From the NCBI RefSeq assembly GCF_009914755.1, contig NC_060928.1: 64,000 nucleotides of DNA, one strand, 5' to 3'. Every line of letters starts with the position of its first letter. Positions within the stretch are counted from its first letter, which is position 1. The notes beneath the pieces were generated by a model. It made no database searches. It saw only the letters and a program-made list of their open reading frames with translations, and was not told the origin of the DNA. Origin of the DNA: the human T2T-CHM13v2.0 reference genome, Homo sapiens. This document shows positions 1 to 13,503 of this stretch, piece by piece. Position numbers and translations under genes: made by a program.

Positions 1-231
1 CAAAGGTTGGTTTCTGGAGACAGGAGTAAACAAATTTATCTATATAATTCCTTTACATTCCTTTGTTATCTGCCCTTTGCTTTCAGCCTCCACATAAGAG
101 AATTTGGCTGCCTTCAGCTATAATTCTCTTCCAAAGCTTTTGCAAAGCCTCCTGGCCTTCCAAGAAGGTTTGCATCTTTCCCTATAACTTTTTCATATAA
201 CTTTTCCCACCACCCTGACCGATGTCCTACA
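1..231 (-). mobile_element. 5' part of an LTR22-type LTR (HERV-K HML-5), cut by the window edge
   Basis: Reverse complement begins TGTAGGACATCGGTCAGGGTGGTGGGAAAAG...GCAAACCTTCTTGGAAGGCCAGGAGGC, matching my recall of the LTR22 5' end; TG terminus at 231. Confidence 0.7.
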
Positions 232-499
232 CACATATTCCTGAATTCTAAAGCAAACATAAAGAATTATACAATGCATGATGTAAAGCCCATATTTTTG
301 CAGGACTATATAAATGAATTATTTTTTAAATTTAAAATGAATACTGGTTAGGTTTTTGTGTCTTATAAGTAAAGCAGCTGGAATGGCTATTGAAATATAT
401 AATTATAGTATACTTTTGTCAGGTATATTTAATTTACATTAACATTTACTAAATTTGTAATACCAGAGTATTAGTAAGTTATGTCACTCAAAATTCCCA

Positions 500-2935
500 G
501 GAAAAAAGAAAACTTCAGGTCAATATCTCTGATGAAGACAGATAAAAAAATCCTCAACCAAATACTAGCGAACTGTATTCAGCAGTACATCAAAAAGTTA
601 ATACACCACAATCAAGTAAGCTTTATTCTTGTGATGCAAGACTGATTCAACATATGCTAATCAAAAATGTGATACATCGCATAAACAGAATTAAAAGCAA
701 AACCATGATCAACTCAATAGATGCAGGGAAAAAGTTTTCTATAAAGTCTAACATCAACTCATGATAAAAAAAACTCTCAAGAAACTATGTATTGAAGGAA
801 TATATGTCAGAATAATAAAAGCCACTCATAAAAATTTCATAGCCATAAATGGGCAAAAGCTGGAAGCATTCCCCTTGAGAACTAGAACATGACAAAAATG
901 CCCACTCTCATCACTCCTATTCAACACAGTACTGGAGCTCCTAGCCAAAGCAATCAGGCAAGAGAAAGAAGTAAAGACATCTAAATGGAAAAGAAAAAGC
1001 CAAGCTATCTCTCTCTTCTGAGAATATGATTCTATACATCGAAAATCCTAAAGATTCCACCATGTAATTCCTAGAACTGATAAACAATTTCAGTAAAGTT
1101 TTAGAATACAAAAATCAATGTAAAAAAATCAGGAGCATATCTATATACTAATACCAGCAAAGCTGAGAGTAAAGTCAAGAACATAATTCCCATAATTCCA
1201 TTAATAATAGCCACAAATAAAATGAGATACCTAGGAATACAGGTAACCAAAGAAATGAAAAATTTCTACAAGGATTACACAAAACACTGCCAAAAGAACT
1301 CAAATATAACATAAATAAATGGGAAAACATCCCATGCTCATGGAATGGAATAATCAATATTATTAAAATAGCGATACTGCCTAAGCAGTCTACAGAGTCA
1401 ACACTATTCCTATCAATCAACTAACACAATTTTTACACAGTTATAAAAAATCTATTCTAAAACTCACATGGAACCAAAAAGAGCCAAATAGCCAAAGCAA
1501 TCCTAAGCAAAAAGAACAAAGCTAGAGGAATCATGTTACCCAACTTCAAACTGTACTATGAGGCTGTAAACAAAGCAGCATGGTACTGGTATAAAAACAG
1601 GCACATAGACCAATGGAACCAAATACAGAGTCCAGAAATAAAGCTGCATACCTACAAACTTATGATTTTCAACAGGGCTGACAAAAACAAGCAATAGGGA
1701 ACAGATTATCTATTCAACAAATAGCTCTGGGATAACTGACTAGCTGTATGCAGAAGAATAAAAATGGACCTTAATTTTTCACTATATACAAAGGCTAACT
1801 CAAAATGAATCAAACATTAAATGTAAAACCTCAAAGTATAAAAATCCTTGAAGAAATCCTAGGAAACACCATTCTAGTCACCAGACTTAGCGAAGAAATT
1901 TTGGCTGAGTCGCCAAAAGCAATTGCAACAAAAACAAATGTTGACAAGAGGGACCTAATTAAACAAAAGCAATTCAGCACAGGGAAAGAAACTATAAACA
2001 GAGCAAAGAGCAAACCTACAGAATGGGAGAAAATATTCAAAAAGTATGCAACCTAATGTAAACAATATATACGGAATGTAAACAAATCAACATTCAAAAA
2101 GTAAATAATCCCATTAAAACAAGGGCAAAGTACATGTACAAGCCCTTCTCAAAAGAAAACATACAAGTTACCAACAAACATATTTTTTAAATGTTCATGA
2201 CCACTAAGCATCAGATAAATGCAAATCAAAACCTCAATGAGATACCACCTCACCCAAGTTAATATGGCTATTTTTCAAAAGTCAGTAAAGAACAGATGCT
2301 GGCAAGGCTGCAGAGAAACAGTGTATACCTATACACTGTTGATGGGAATATAAATTAGTTCAGCCACTGTGGAAAGCAGTTTGGAAATTTCTCAAAGAAT
2401 TTAAAACAGAATTGCCATTTGACCCAGCAATCTCATTACTGGGTATAAGGAAAATAGATCATTACACCAAAAAGGCACATGCAGTTGTACATTCATCACC
2501 ACACTATTCACAATGGCAAAGATATGAAATCAACCTAGGTGCCCATCAATGGTGGCTTGGATAAAGAAAATGTGGTACATATATCCCATGGAATACTACA
2601 CAACCATAAGAAAAAAATGAAATCATGTCCTTTGCAGCAATATAGATGGAGCTGGATGCCATAATATTATACTAAACGAATTAAAACAGGAACAGAAAAC
2701 TATATCTTGCATGTCCTCACTTATAAGTGGAAGCTAAACATTGAACACACATGGACATAAACATAGGAATAACATACACTGCAAACTACTAGAGCAGAGA
2801 AGGAGAAAAGGATATGGGTTGGAAAACTACATATTAGGTATTATGCTCACTACCTGGGTGCAATATACATATGTAAGAAACATGCACATGTACCTCTTTT
2901 ATCTAAAATAAAGTTAAATTTTTTTAAAAAAGAAA
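500..2935 (+). mobile_element. 5'-truncated LINE-1 (old L1PA/L1PB age): ORF2 RT to C-terminus plus 3' UTR, decayed
   Basis: Starts at the KENFRPISLMN-like RT region; the ORF 1805-2056 peptide PKAIATKTNVDKRDLIK...KETINR...PTEWEKIF is ORF2p; 3' UTR ends atctaaaataaagtt plus an A-rich tail; many stops and frameshifts. Confidence 0.93.
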
Positions 2936-3975
2936 TAAACCTTAAATTTATAATCAATTCATTTTGACAAGTGTACCAGCTCAATTTAAGAAGATAAATA
3001 TTGATCTTTTCCACAAATTTTGTTCAGATAACAGGATATTCACCTGCCTAAAAATGAAGTTGGACCTTTTTGTCACACCTTACACACAAAAAAACTCAAA
3101 GTAAATTATACACACAACTGTAAAAGCTAACCTTATAAAATTATGAGTCATAAATATGGGAGTAAATCTGCATGACTTTGGTTAACGCAAAGCTTTCTTC
3201 CAAATGACATCAAGAGCATGACCAACAAAAACAATAACAATTTGATAAATTGAAACTCATCAAAATTAAAAAATTTTACTTCAAAGGATGCAACGAAGAA
3301 AATGAAAAAGAACAACCAATATTTGAAATTGTATTTAGCTAGGGGGAATTAAATCTAGAATATTTAGAAGATTCAACTCAATAAAAAAAAATGATCCATT
3401 AATAAAGGGGCAAAAGATGGAAATAGATATTTCTTCAGAGAAGTTAGAGTTACCACGTGACTAAGCAATTCACTTCTAGTTAAATTTCTAGAGAAGTTGA
3501 AATGTATGTCTACACAAAAATTCATACATGACTGTTTATAAGTATATTTATAATAACCAAAAAGTGGAAATATGCATTAGTTGATGCATAGATAAATAAT
3601 AGGTATAATGTCTATTGTATGGATTAGTGTTTAAAATGATAAGTAATGATGAAATGATATATACCACAACATTGATGTGCCTTGTAAACATTATGGTAAA
3701 TAAACCAGTCCTCAAAATTCATAATTGTCTCATTCTGTTTATATGTAATGACTAAAATAGGCATATCTATAGTGACAGAAAGTTGCTAAGGTGAGGAAGG
3801 GGGATGACATAGGGTTAGTGATAATGTGTACTGGATTTTTTTTTTTTTTGCCATGATGAAAATATTCCTAAGCTCATGGTGATGGTGGCTCAACTCCTTG
3901 AATATAACAAAAAACACTGAATTGTGTAAATGAGTGAAAAACATAGTAAGTACATTATATTTTAATATGACCATG
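2936..3975 (+). mobile_element. Ancient L1M 3' fragment (L1MB7/8-like)
   Basis: Decayed ORF2 end and a 3' UTR with tgatgaaaatattcctaagctcatggtgatggtggctcaactccttgaatataacaaaaaacactgaattgtg. Confidence 0.75.
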
Positions 3976-4095
3976 AAAATGAATGATTGATATATAATGA
4001 TACATAGTAAATATCAAAAGGAAAAATGTCTAACTCCATTTACTCCATTTGGGAACATCTGATACATTATCTTTCTGAGTTACTTACCTTTTTAA

Positions 4096-4410
<315 letters not shown>

Positions 4411-5239
4411 TACATTTTTAGTTTTTTTTTTTAAATTTAGTAATATGTGTAAGAGCTCTTTTCATATTATCATGAACAATTGTACTACCTAATTTTAGTG
4501 TCTACTCAGTATTACTTGCTATTTTATTTTAGCTGCAACACAAGCTCTGTAACAAGTGACTTGATTATGAATCTTTAGACTTCGCTCCAGACTTATACTG
4601 TTACTACAAATAGAAACTTTGTTCATGTGTGTATATGTGTAGGTAATATTTGTGGTCAAGTGTATTAGATGAATAAGTTTATTTACTCAAACTAAAAGAT
4701 ATATGGGATAATTCCCAGAAGATGACGGAGTACAACGCACCAAGAATCTGTCCTTCCAACCAGGAAAACTTGTAGTCAGACTCTGCTGTAATGTTTTTGA
4801 AACTCTGGAGTCTTTTGAGGCTTTCCATTTCCAGACTTGCATCATAAACTCAGGCTAATTTCAGTCAAATTTAGCTCAACACAGTTCCAGCTACTATACT
4901 TCCATGTTAGGCACAATAACCAGATAAAATAGACATTAAATCAAAAAGATTACAGGAGACAAAGAAATATATTGTATAATAATAAAAGGTTCCATACATA
5001 AAGAAATAAATATAAAAGTCACAAACATTTACACCATCATTACATGATGGCATCACTACATGAGGCCAAAATAATTTAACAGACCATCAAAATGTATAAA
5101 GCAAAACTGACAAATTGAGGGTGAAATACACAGGCCTACAATAACAGTTGGAAATTTCAGTATCTCACGCTCAATACTGAATAGAATAACTGAATAGAAT
5201 ATAAGAAAGCAAATAGAGAACTTTAGACATAAAACAGCA

Positions 5240-5381
5240 ATATATATATATATATACACATATATAAAATGTGTATACACATTTATATATACACATTATA
5301 TGTGTATATATACTATGTATACACATATATATACATATATATATACACATATATAAAATATATATATATACACATATATAA
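5240..5381. repeat. Compound (TA)n/(TACA)n microsatellite with internal palindromes
   Basis: About 140 bp of TA, TACA and TGTA units read directly. Confidence 0.95.
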
Positions 5382-6554
5382 AATGCTCTACCTAACAACA
5401 GCATACATATTTTTCTCAAGTGCAGTGGACATTTTCCAGGATAGATCTTATGCCAGGCCTCAAATTAAGTCTTGATAGATTTTTTTAAAAAACAGATATC
5501 ACACAAAGTATGTTCTCCAATCACAATGGATGAAATTAGAAATCTGTAACAGAAGTAAAACTGGAAAATTTAAAAAACTGTGAAAATTAAACAGCACACT
5601 CTTTAACTACCAATTGATTAAAGAAGACATCACAAGGGAAATGAGAGATGAAGACAAATGAAAATACAAGCCACCAAAACTTATGGGACACATAAAAAGC
5701 AGTGCTCAGGGGGAAATTTATAGCTATAAATGCTTACATTAAAAAAATCTAAAATCAACAAGTTACCTTTACAACTTAAGAAATTAGAAAAAGAACAGCT
5801 TAAACCCAAAACAGAACGAAGGAGATAAATATTAGAACAGATAAAAAAAATAAGAGAAAAGAAAAACAATAGAGAAAATCAGTGAAACTAAAAGCTGTTT
5901 TACTTTGTTTTGCTTTTGCAAAGATTGACAAAACTGGAAAACCTTATTCAGATAGACTAAAGAAAAAAAACATATAGAGAAAAGACTAAATTACTATAAT
6001 AAAAAATGAAAACCGGGACATTACTACTGATTCTATAGAAATAAAAAAAGACCATAAAGGAGTACTACAAACATCTATGTACCAAGTTCAATAAGCAAGA
6101 TGAATAGACAAATTCCAAGAAATACAAAAGCTATTGAAATTAATCATAATGAAATAGAAAATGTGAATAGGCCTGTACCTAATAAGGAGATTGAGTCAGT
6201 AATTAAAAACCTCCCAACAAAGAAAAGCTCTAGGCCTCATAGCCTTACAGGTGAATTCTACCACACATTTAAAGAATACCTAACAAATCTTTCTCAAACT
6301 TTTTCAAACACTTGAATAGGAGGGAACACTTCCTAGTTTATTCTTTGAGGCCAGCATTACCTTGATACCAAAGCTGGAAAAAGATACTACATGAAAACTA
6401 CAGACTAATATTTTTTTCATAAACATTGATGAAAAAAATCCTCAACAAAATAATAATAAAGTAAGTTCAGCAGCATATTAAAAAGATGATACAACAAGAC
6501 CAGGTGGGATATTTTTCCTGGAATGCAAGGGTGATTCAACATATTAAAATCAAT

Positions 6555-7384
6555 TATTTCCTTGATAATTAGTGATGCTGAGCATTTTTTTTCATAAGTT
6601 TTTTGGCCATTTGAATGTCTTCTTTTGAGAATTGTCTGTTCATGTCCTTTGCCCACTTTTTGATGCAAATCAAAACCACACTGAGATACTACGTTACTCC
6701 TGCAAGAATGGCCATACTTTAAAATATCAACAAATAATAGATTTTGGCATGGATGTGGTGAAAATGGAACGGAACACTTTACACTGCTGGTGGGAATGTG
6801 AAAATGTGAACTAGTACAACCACTATGGAAAACAGTATGGAGATACCTGAAAGAACTAAAAGTAGAACTACCATTTGATTCAGCAATCCCACTACTGGGT
6901 ATCTACCCGGAGGAAAATAAGTCATTATATGATAAAGACACTTGTACATGCATGTTTATAGTAGCACAATTCACAATTGCAAAAATATGAAACCAGCCTA
7001 AATGCTCATCAACCAATGAATGGATAAAAAATGTGATATATATATATATGAATAGTACTTAGCCATAAAAAGGAATGAAATAATACCATTTGCAGCAACC
7101 TAACTGAAGTAACTCAAAAATGGAAAATCAAACATCATATGTTTTCACATATAAGCAGCAGCTAGGCTGTAAGGATGCAAACGCATACAAATGATACAAC
7201 GGACTTTGGGGACTTGGGGGAAAGCGTGAGAGAGAGTGAGGGATAAAATTTTACACATTGGGTACAGCGTATACTGCTTGAGTGATGGGTGAACCAAAAT
7301 CTCAGAAATTACCACTAAAGAACTTTTCCATGCAACCAAACACCAGCTGTTCCCCAAAACTATTGAAATAAAAATAAAAATAAC
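6555..7384 (+). mobile_element. L1PB1/2-like 3' fragment with inverted 5' segment, nested in L1MB
   Basis: 6555-6662 is minus-strand L1 and 6663-7384 is plus-strand, ending caccagctgttccccaaaactattgaaataaaaataaaa; TSD TAAAATCAAT at 6545-6554 and 7385-7394. Confidence 0.9.
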
Positions 7385-8877
7385 TAAAATCAATATAATG
7401 AACCACATTGAGATAAAAGAAAAAAAAGCACATGATCATTCCAATTGATGCAGAAAAAGCATTTAACAAAATGCAATAATTTTTCACAATAAAAAGCACT
7501 CAGAAAATTAGAAATATTATAAAACTACCTTATCATAATCAAATTCATATATGAAGATCCCACAGTTAACACTGTATTAGGCAATGGTGAAAAAATAAAT
7601 GCCTTTTCTCTAACATCAGGATCAAAATAAGTCTGCCTGCTTTCATCACTTCTATTCAACATATTACCAAAAGTTATAGTCAAAGGAATTAACCAGAAAA
7701 AGAAAAGAGAAGAAATGGCATTTGAATTGAAAAGGAAAAAAGCAAAATTATCTCTGTTCACAGATGATATACTCTTAATTGTAGAAAATACTAAAGGCTT
7801 TACACATAAAAAAGAGCTAGTAAAAAAAGGTTCCACACATAAAAAAATAGAGCTAATAAAAAAATCCAGCAAAATAGCAGAATTCAAATCAACACATAAA
7901 AATCAGTTGCATTTCTACACACTAACAATAAACAATCTGAAAATAAAATGTAAAAACAATTATATTTGTAATTGCATTAAGAAGAATAAAATATTTAGAA
8001 ATTAACTTATCCAAGGAGGTAAAAGATCTATACAGTGAAAACTAAAACTTTGCTGAAAGAAATTAAACAAGTAAATCAGAATATCTCTTCCTCACAGATT
8101 GAAAGACTTCATATTGTTAAGATATCACTGTTACCCAAAGCAATCTACAGATTCAATGCAATCCCTATCAAAATCCCTTTTTTAGACATAAAAAAAACCC
8201 ACCCAAAAACGTCTACAGAATCTCAACAGACCACAAATTATTCAAAATAATATTGAACAAAAAGAACAAAACTTGAGGACATATGCTTCTTGATTTCAAA
8301 AACTACTACAAATTTAGCAATTAACAGTGTGGTACTGGCATAAAGACAGAAATATAGACCAATATAAAAGAAATAAACTCTTGCATATAAGCCCAAATTA
8401 TATTTGTCAATGATGTTAAGATTATTCAATGTGGAAAGTACTGTTTTTTTTCAGCAAATGGTACTGAAAAAATTAGATACCCACATGCAAAATAATAAAG
8501 TTGAAACCTTACCTAACACCATACACAGATATTGACTCAAAGTTGATGAAAGACCTAAATGTGAGACCTAAAACAATAAAACTCTTAAAGAAAACATAGG
8601 ACAAAATTCATTACATTGAATTTATCAATGATGTCTTGGATAAGACACCAAAGAAACAGGCAACAAAGTAAAAAAAAAAAAAATTAAAAATTGGACGTCG
8701 TGAAAACTAAAAAAAAAGTGCATAAAATGCAGTATGAACAAAGTAAAAAAGCAACATACAGAAGAAAAGGAAATATTCACTGTTCATATATTTGATGAAG
8801 TTAATATTCATGTATAGAGGACCTAAAACTCAACAATAAAAATACAAACAATCTGATTCACAAATGGGCAAAGGAGG

Positions 8878-9214
8878 GGCCAGGCGCTGTGGCTCATGTC
8901 TGTAATTTGAGAACTTTGGAGGCCGAGGCAGGTGGATCACTTGAGGTCAGGAGTTCAAGACCAGCCTGGCCAACACGGTGAAACCCTGTCTCTACTAAAA
9001 ATAATTAAATAGATAAATACAAAAATACAAAAATTAGCCAGGTGTGGTGGCGCACAGCTGTAATACCAGCTACTCAGGAGGCTGAGGCCCTAGAATAGCT
9101 TGGACCCAGGAGCCAGAGGTAGCAGTGAGCTGAGATCACGCCACTGTGCTTTCCAGCCGGGGTGACAGAACGAGACCTTGTCTCAAAAAATAAAATAAAA
9201 TAAAATAAAAATAA
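8878..9214 (+). mobile_element. AluS with expanded middle A-rich linker
   Basis: ggccaggcgctgtggctcatg...; (TAAAA)n tail; 14-bp TSD AAATGGGCAAAGGA at 8862-8875 and 9215-9228. Confidence 0.97.
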
Positions 9215-11099
9215 AAATGGGCAAAGGACTTGAATACACATTTCCAAAGAAGACTCACATGTGGCAACAGGCACCTGAAAAGATGCTCAATTATAGGGTA
9301 AATGCAACTCAAAACTACAAGATGACACTTTACACTCATTAGGATGGCTACTATTTAAAACAAAAACAGAAACAGAAAATGTGCTGTAAAAAATGTGGAG
9401 ACATTGAAACATGTGTGCACTGTTGGTGGTTATATAAATAGTGCATCCACTGTAAAAACAGTTGGGTGGTTCCTCAAAAAACCAAAGATAGAATTATCAC
9501 GTAATCCAGCAATTCCTCTTCTGGGCATGTATCCAAAAGAAATGAAAGCAGGGTCTTCAAAACATATTTGCGTACCCACGTTCATGGCAGCATTACTCAC
9601 AATAGCTAAACAATGGAAGCAACCCAAGGTGTTGATGGTGAGAGTGGAATAGATGAATAAAATGTGATATATACATATAATGGAATATTATTCACCCTTA
9701 AGAAGGAACAGATTCTGACATACACTATAACATGGATGAATCATGAGGACATTATTCTGAGTGAAATAAGTCAGACATAAAAAGACAAACAGTGTATGAT
9801 TCCACTTATATGAGTTATTTAGAATTATCAAAACCATACAGGCAGAAAATAGATGGATTGATACCAGGAACTGGGGAGGAGAGGAAAATGGTGAGTTATT
9901 GCTAAATGGCTATAGAATTTCAGTTTTATTAGAGGAAAGGGTTATGGAGAAAAATGGTGATATGGTTGCACACTATGAATGTGTTTAAAACCAGAGAACT
10001 ATATACTTAGAAATGCTTAACTAGTATATTTTATATTATGTGTATTTGCTTCAATAAAATATTGGGAAAATAACTTATGTGTGAACTTCTAAAATACTGC
10101 CAAATATTTTTAAAGAAATACCCTCAAATACTATCACAGTAACATGAGTGCCTGTGCACCTGTTTGTCTACAACCACAAGCTACTATTGGATAATTGCAA
10201 TTCTTTGTTCCCAGCATTCATAACTTCCATCAACAAAGAAAAATACACATACAGTGTAGGAGAAGCAATTTATAATCACTGCAGAAGTCAGAACATAATA
10301 CTCCAGATGGACTTGGACAAGTAGTATATCTCATTCATTTTACAGTGCTTTATTCCTGATGTGAAGATTATGTAATCAAAATCAGTAATGTTGGTGAAGT
10401 ACTTCTTTCCCATTTCACAAGATTCCATAAAGAAACATTTTGCTAAACTTTCCTGGCCTCTTATTCCTCTAACCCTTTCTTCTATGAGTTAGTAAATTAA
10501 ATAATTATGACTGGAAAGTGGAACTGGGCATTAGTTTCTCAGTCTCAATTTCCGTTCTCTTGAAAGTTGATTATCAGCAGATAATACATATTTTAATTTT
10601 TTTTCTCCATTATTTGATATTTAAGGGAAAGACAATGATGAGAGGAGGAATACCAATTTCTATAGCTGCCTATTTCTAGATAGATATTCCAGTTTAATTC
10701 TAGGGATTAAAATTGGAAAAATATATATATTTTTGCTCAGATACCTAATCTTCATTTTTATTTTTTTTAGTTGTGATACAACAGATATTATGGTAATTTC
10801 CAGTCTTCCTATTTTGTATTTTTTTAATTGACAACCAATATATTTTTAGTTGAAAGAATCAAATGTTACCAATGTTATGGAATATAACACAATGTGAAAT
10901 ATCTACAATGTAAAATAAATTAACAAATAAAACTCATATTATTCACTGCTAAACAGAAGTAATCCTCAATTATAGGCCATCTACCTACATTCAGAAAAAA
11001 TTTAAATGTCACTGTTTGCATATGCAGACACAGAAAATTTGAATGGATCAATGCGCATAACAGAAAGAAAAATCTTTCCTCTCTAAGAGCCTAAGTATA

Positions 11100-12590
11100 C
11101 AGGATTTCATTACTTACACCATACAAAACGGACAAGTAAGAATGGTTACCTAACGTATTTTATGACGCTAATACAAATTTAACTCCCATAATGGTTTATG
11201 AAAATGTTGGAACCAAAATTATAAAAATATTTAGCTAGTGAAGATAAAATATCTTGAATATAACATTTGTTGAATAAAAATATAAATAAGATAAAAATCA
11301 TGAAAATATAAATTGATAGCAAAAATTCAAATATAGTTTAAAGCAGAAAATTCATCAGTAAAATTCAAAATGGAAATACAGTAATGAGAAAGCTGGGTTA
11401 TGGCCTTAAAGGAGGGTAAGTTTTGATAAATAAATAAATATTTACATGTATATACACATATGCAGCAAAATACCCTTAATGGAGAAACTTTCATTTACTT
11501 TTCCTTTAAGTCTAAGAACAAAATAAGAATACCTGTAAAGTTACTAATCATAGTACCATTACACTAAAAATACAAAACAGAAAGCACTAACAGTTCAAAA
11601 TTTATATAAAGAATTAATCATTTTTAAGAAATATGAAAGAAGATCTGAAAAACAGATAGCCCATGCTCCTGGATAGGAAAACATAATATAAAATTGTCAA
11701 TTTCCTCAACTTAATATACACATTTAATAAATTAAAATTAATTTTTAATTTTGTGAGGACCTCAACAAACTACCCTATTCATTAGTAACCTAAACAAGCA
11801 AACATTTATTGTGTTTTCTGAGAGCTTCTCCCTTTCTAGTCTGAGCTTGACTGATTTTGGCAATTGTCTGGGATGGCATCCATCAGCTAAAATATCTTGG
11901 CTCTGCTATATGTGCTCTCTTATCATTTGTGATGCTAGAAAAAGCCTTGTTTTCACGTTCAAAAAAGGAGAAAAAAGCAGGCTGTAATGTGCAAGTCCGC
12001 CTGATTCTGAGGCTCTGAATTGGCACATTTTTATATCTGTTTCATTCTGGTGGCCAAAGCAAGTCACAAAGTAATCCTAGAGTCAAGAAATAGAAAAATA
12101 AGCTCCAAAATCTTAAATTAAGAAGGCGCAAAGTCATTTTACAATGGCTGTAGTTTCAAGGAGGGAAATAATTGGAGGAAATTTTCTGATTAATCGGCCA
12201 TAAAGGGAATAATAAAAGTTTGTAAATAGTAAAATAAAATATGAACAAAAATAGCAAATGCAGGGGATTTATACTACCTGATAGCAAAATAATATACAAT
12301 TCCATCATAGTAATACTTACGATTATTCTTACTAGCTCAAAAATACACAAATAGATGAATGTAAGCAAAATGGAGAATTCTGAAATAGATTATATATGTC
12401 ATATATGTAATTGAGGTTTTATAAATTTAGCATTACATATTAACAAATTATAAACTGGTGCATGTTCTTAGAAAACAGTATGCCTTTATGCAGAAAAATA
12501 AAACAAGGAAATATGTATATTTAACAAAAACCATACACAAAGGTAGATACCGGATGTTTTAAATAAGTTAATTGAAAATACAAATACTAA
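11100..12590 (+). mobile_element. Highly decayed L1M(E) ORF2 fragments, split by an MLT1
   Basis: Patches such as agatctgaaaaacagatagcccatgctcctggataggaaaacataatataaaattgtcaatttcctc resemble L1 ORF2; boundaries approximate. Confidence 0.55.
11785..12203 (-). mobile_element. Old MLT1 (H/I/J-like) MaLR LTR remnant
   Basis: Contains ggctctgaattggcaca...ttcattctggtggccaaagcaagtcacaaagtaatcctagagtcaag, typical of old MLT1 in antisense. Confidence 0.65.
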
Positions 12591-12639
12591 TTGGCTTATC
12601 AGTCCAATGAGGGATGAGAAGGACACCAGAATTACCTTT

Positions 12640-13503
12640 TGAGACAGGAATAGCACTGAGTAGTCACAGGAGGATGGAAAAACACAAACAACAGCTAAAA
12701 TGAGAAGTAAGCAAAGAAACTACAAGATAACAGAAAACCCAAAATATGCAAGAGAAAATGGCCAAAATTGTGGTCAGGGGGACATCTCCATGACTCTTCC
12801 AGAAAAATCAAAACAAGGAAGAAAGTGGTCAGGAATGGGGGTCCATGAAATCCCCTGCTTTTCCAGAATAACTAATGATTATTATACCCCCAAATTAAAG
12901 AAATACTCTAAAATAGGAATGCTTGGTGGTCACAGGGGAGGCAGGAAAATATCAAGCTGTAATTTCAGAAAACAATAAGAAACGAGCTGTTAAAATTAGC
13001 TACGAGGACAAGGAAGAGACTGATTGACAAGACTCTAACAGAAAGGACAGGAGCTGAGCTGATTGAGACAAGCTAGGTCCATTATGGCCCTTGATATGAC
13101 CCATGCCCTACCTCAGACCTAATTACACACTAAATCAGAAACTCACCAGTGCCATGACAGATCTCAGCATGGCCATATTTTGTTTAAAAATGGGTGACAC
13201 CTCAATTCTAATAAAACTTCACTTTTTTTCCTAGAAAACCTCATGGTTACTCTATCCCCTGGTTAGAAGAGCCCACAAAATTAGAAACCCAAACTCCATT
13301 ATGCACTACTCACGCCTCCAAGTATGCCCACACTCTGCTCTTGAGTGTGAATGGGTTTTGTACTCAATGTGTACTTTTGCTTGGCAATAAAAGCTTGTTG
13401 CCTTTTGCTTCATTCTGACTCATCTCTGAATTCTTTCTCTGGATACTGGCTGGGGGTGGTGTCTCACTGGCATCTGGAGACACTCTTGAGCTCTCCAGCA
13501 ACA
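12640..13503 (+). mobile_element. ERV1 (MER4-group, MER66/MER73-like) solo LTR
   Basis: TG...CA ends (TGAGACAGGAATAGC...CCAGCAACA); AATAAA at about 13386 followed by a U5-like ttctgactcatctctgaattctttctc; flanks cttt/tttt resemble a 4-bp TSD. Confidence 0.8.

Larger units (their letters stand above)
4710..10060 (+). mobile_element. L1MB-type LINE-1 (5' end, ORF2, 3' UTR; ORF1 missing), interrupted by a TA microsatellite, an L1PB and an Alu
   Basis: L1M-like 5' end (aagatgacggagtacaacgcaccaagaatctgtc); ORF2 peptides NKEIESVIKNLPTKKS (6100-6315), KLSLFTDDILLIVEN (7715-8005) and LPKAIYRFNAIPIKIP (8035-8250); L1MB2/3-like 3' UTR ending tgtgtatttgcttcaataaaa. Confidence 0.88.

Noticed and set aside
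5056-5475. Y/I-rich ORFs on both strands
   Set aside because: Translation of the (TA)n microsatellite.
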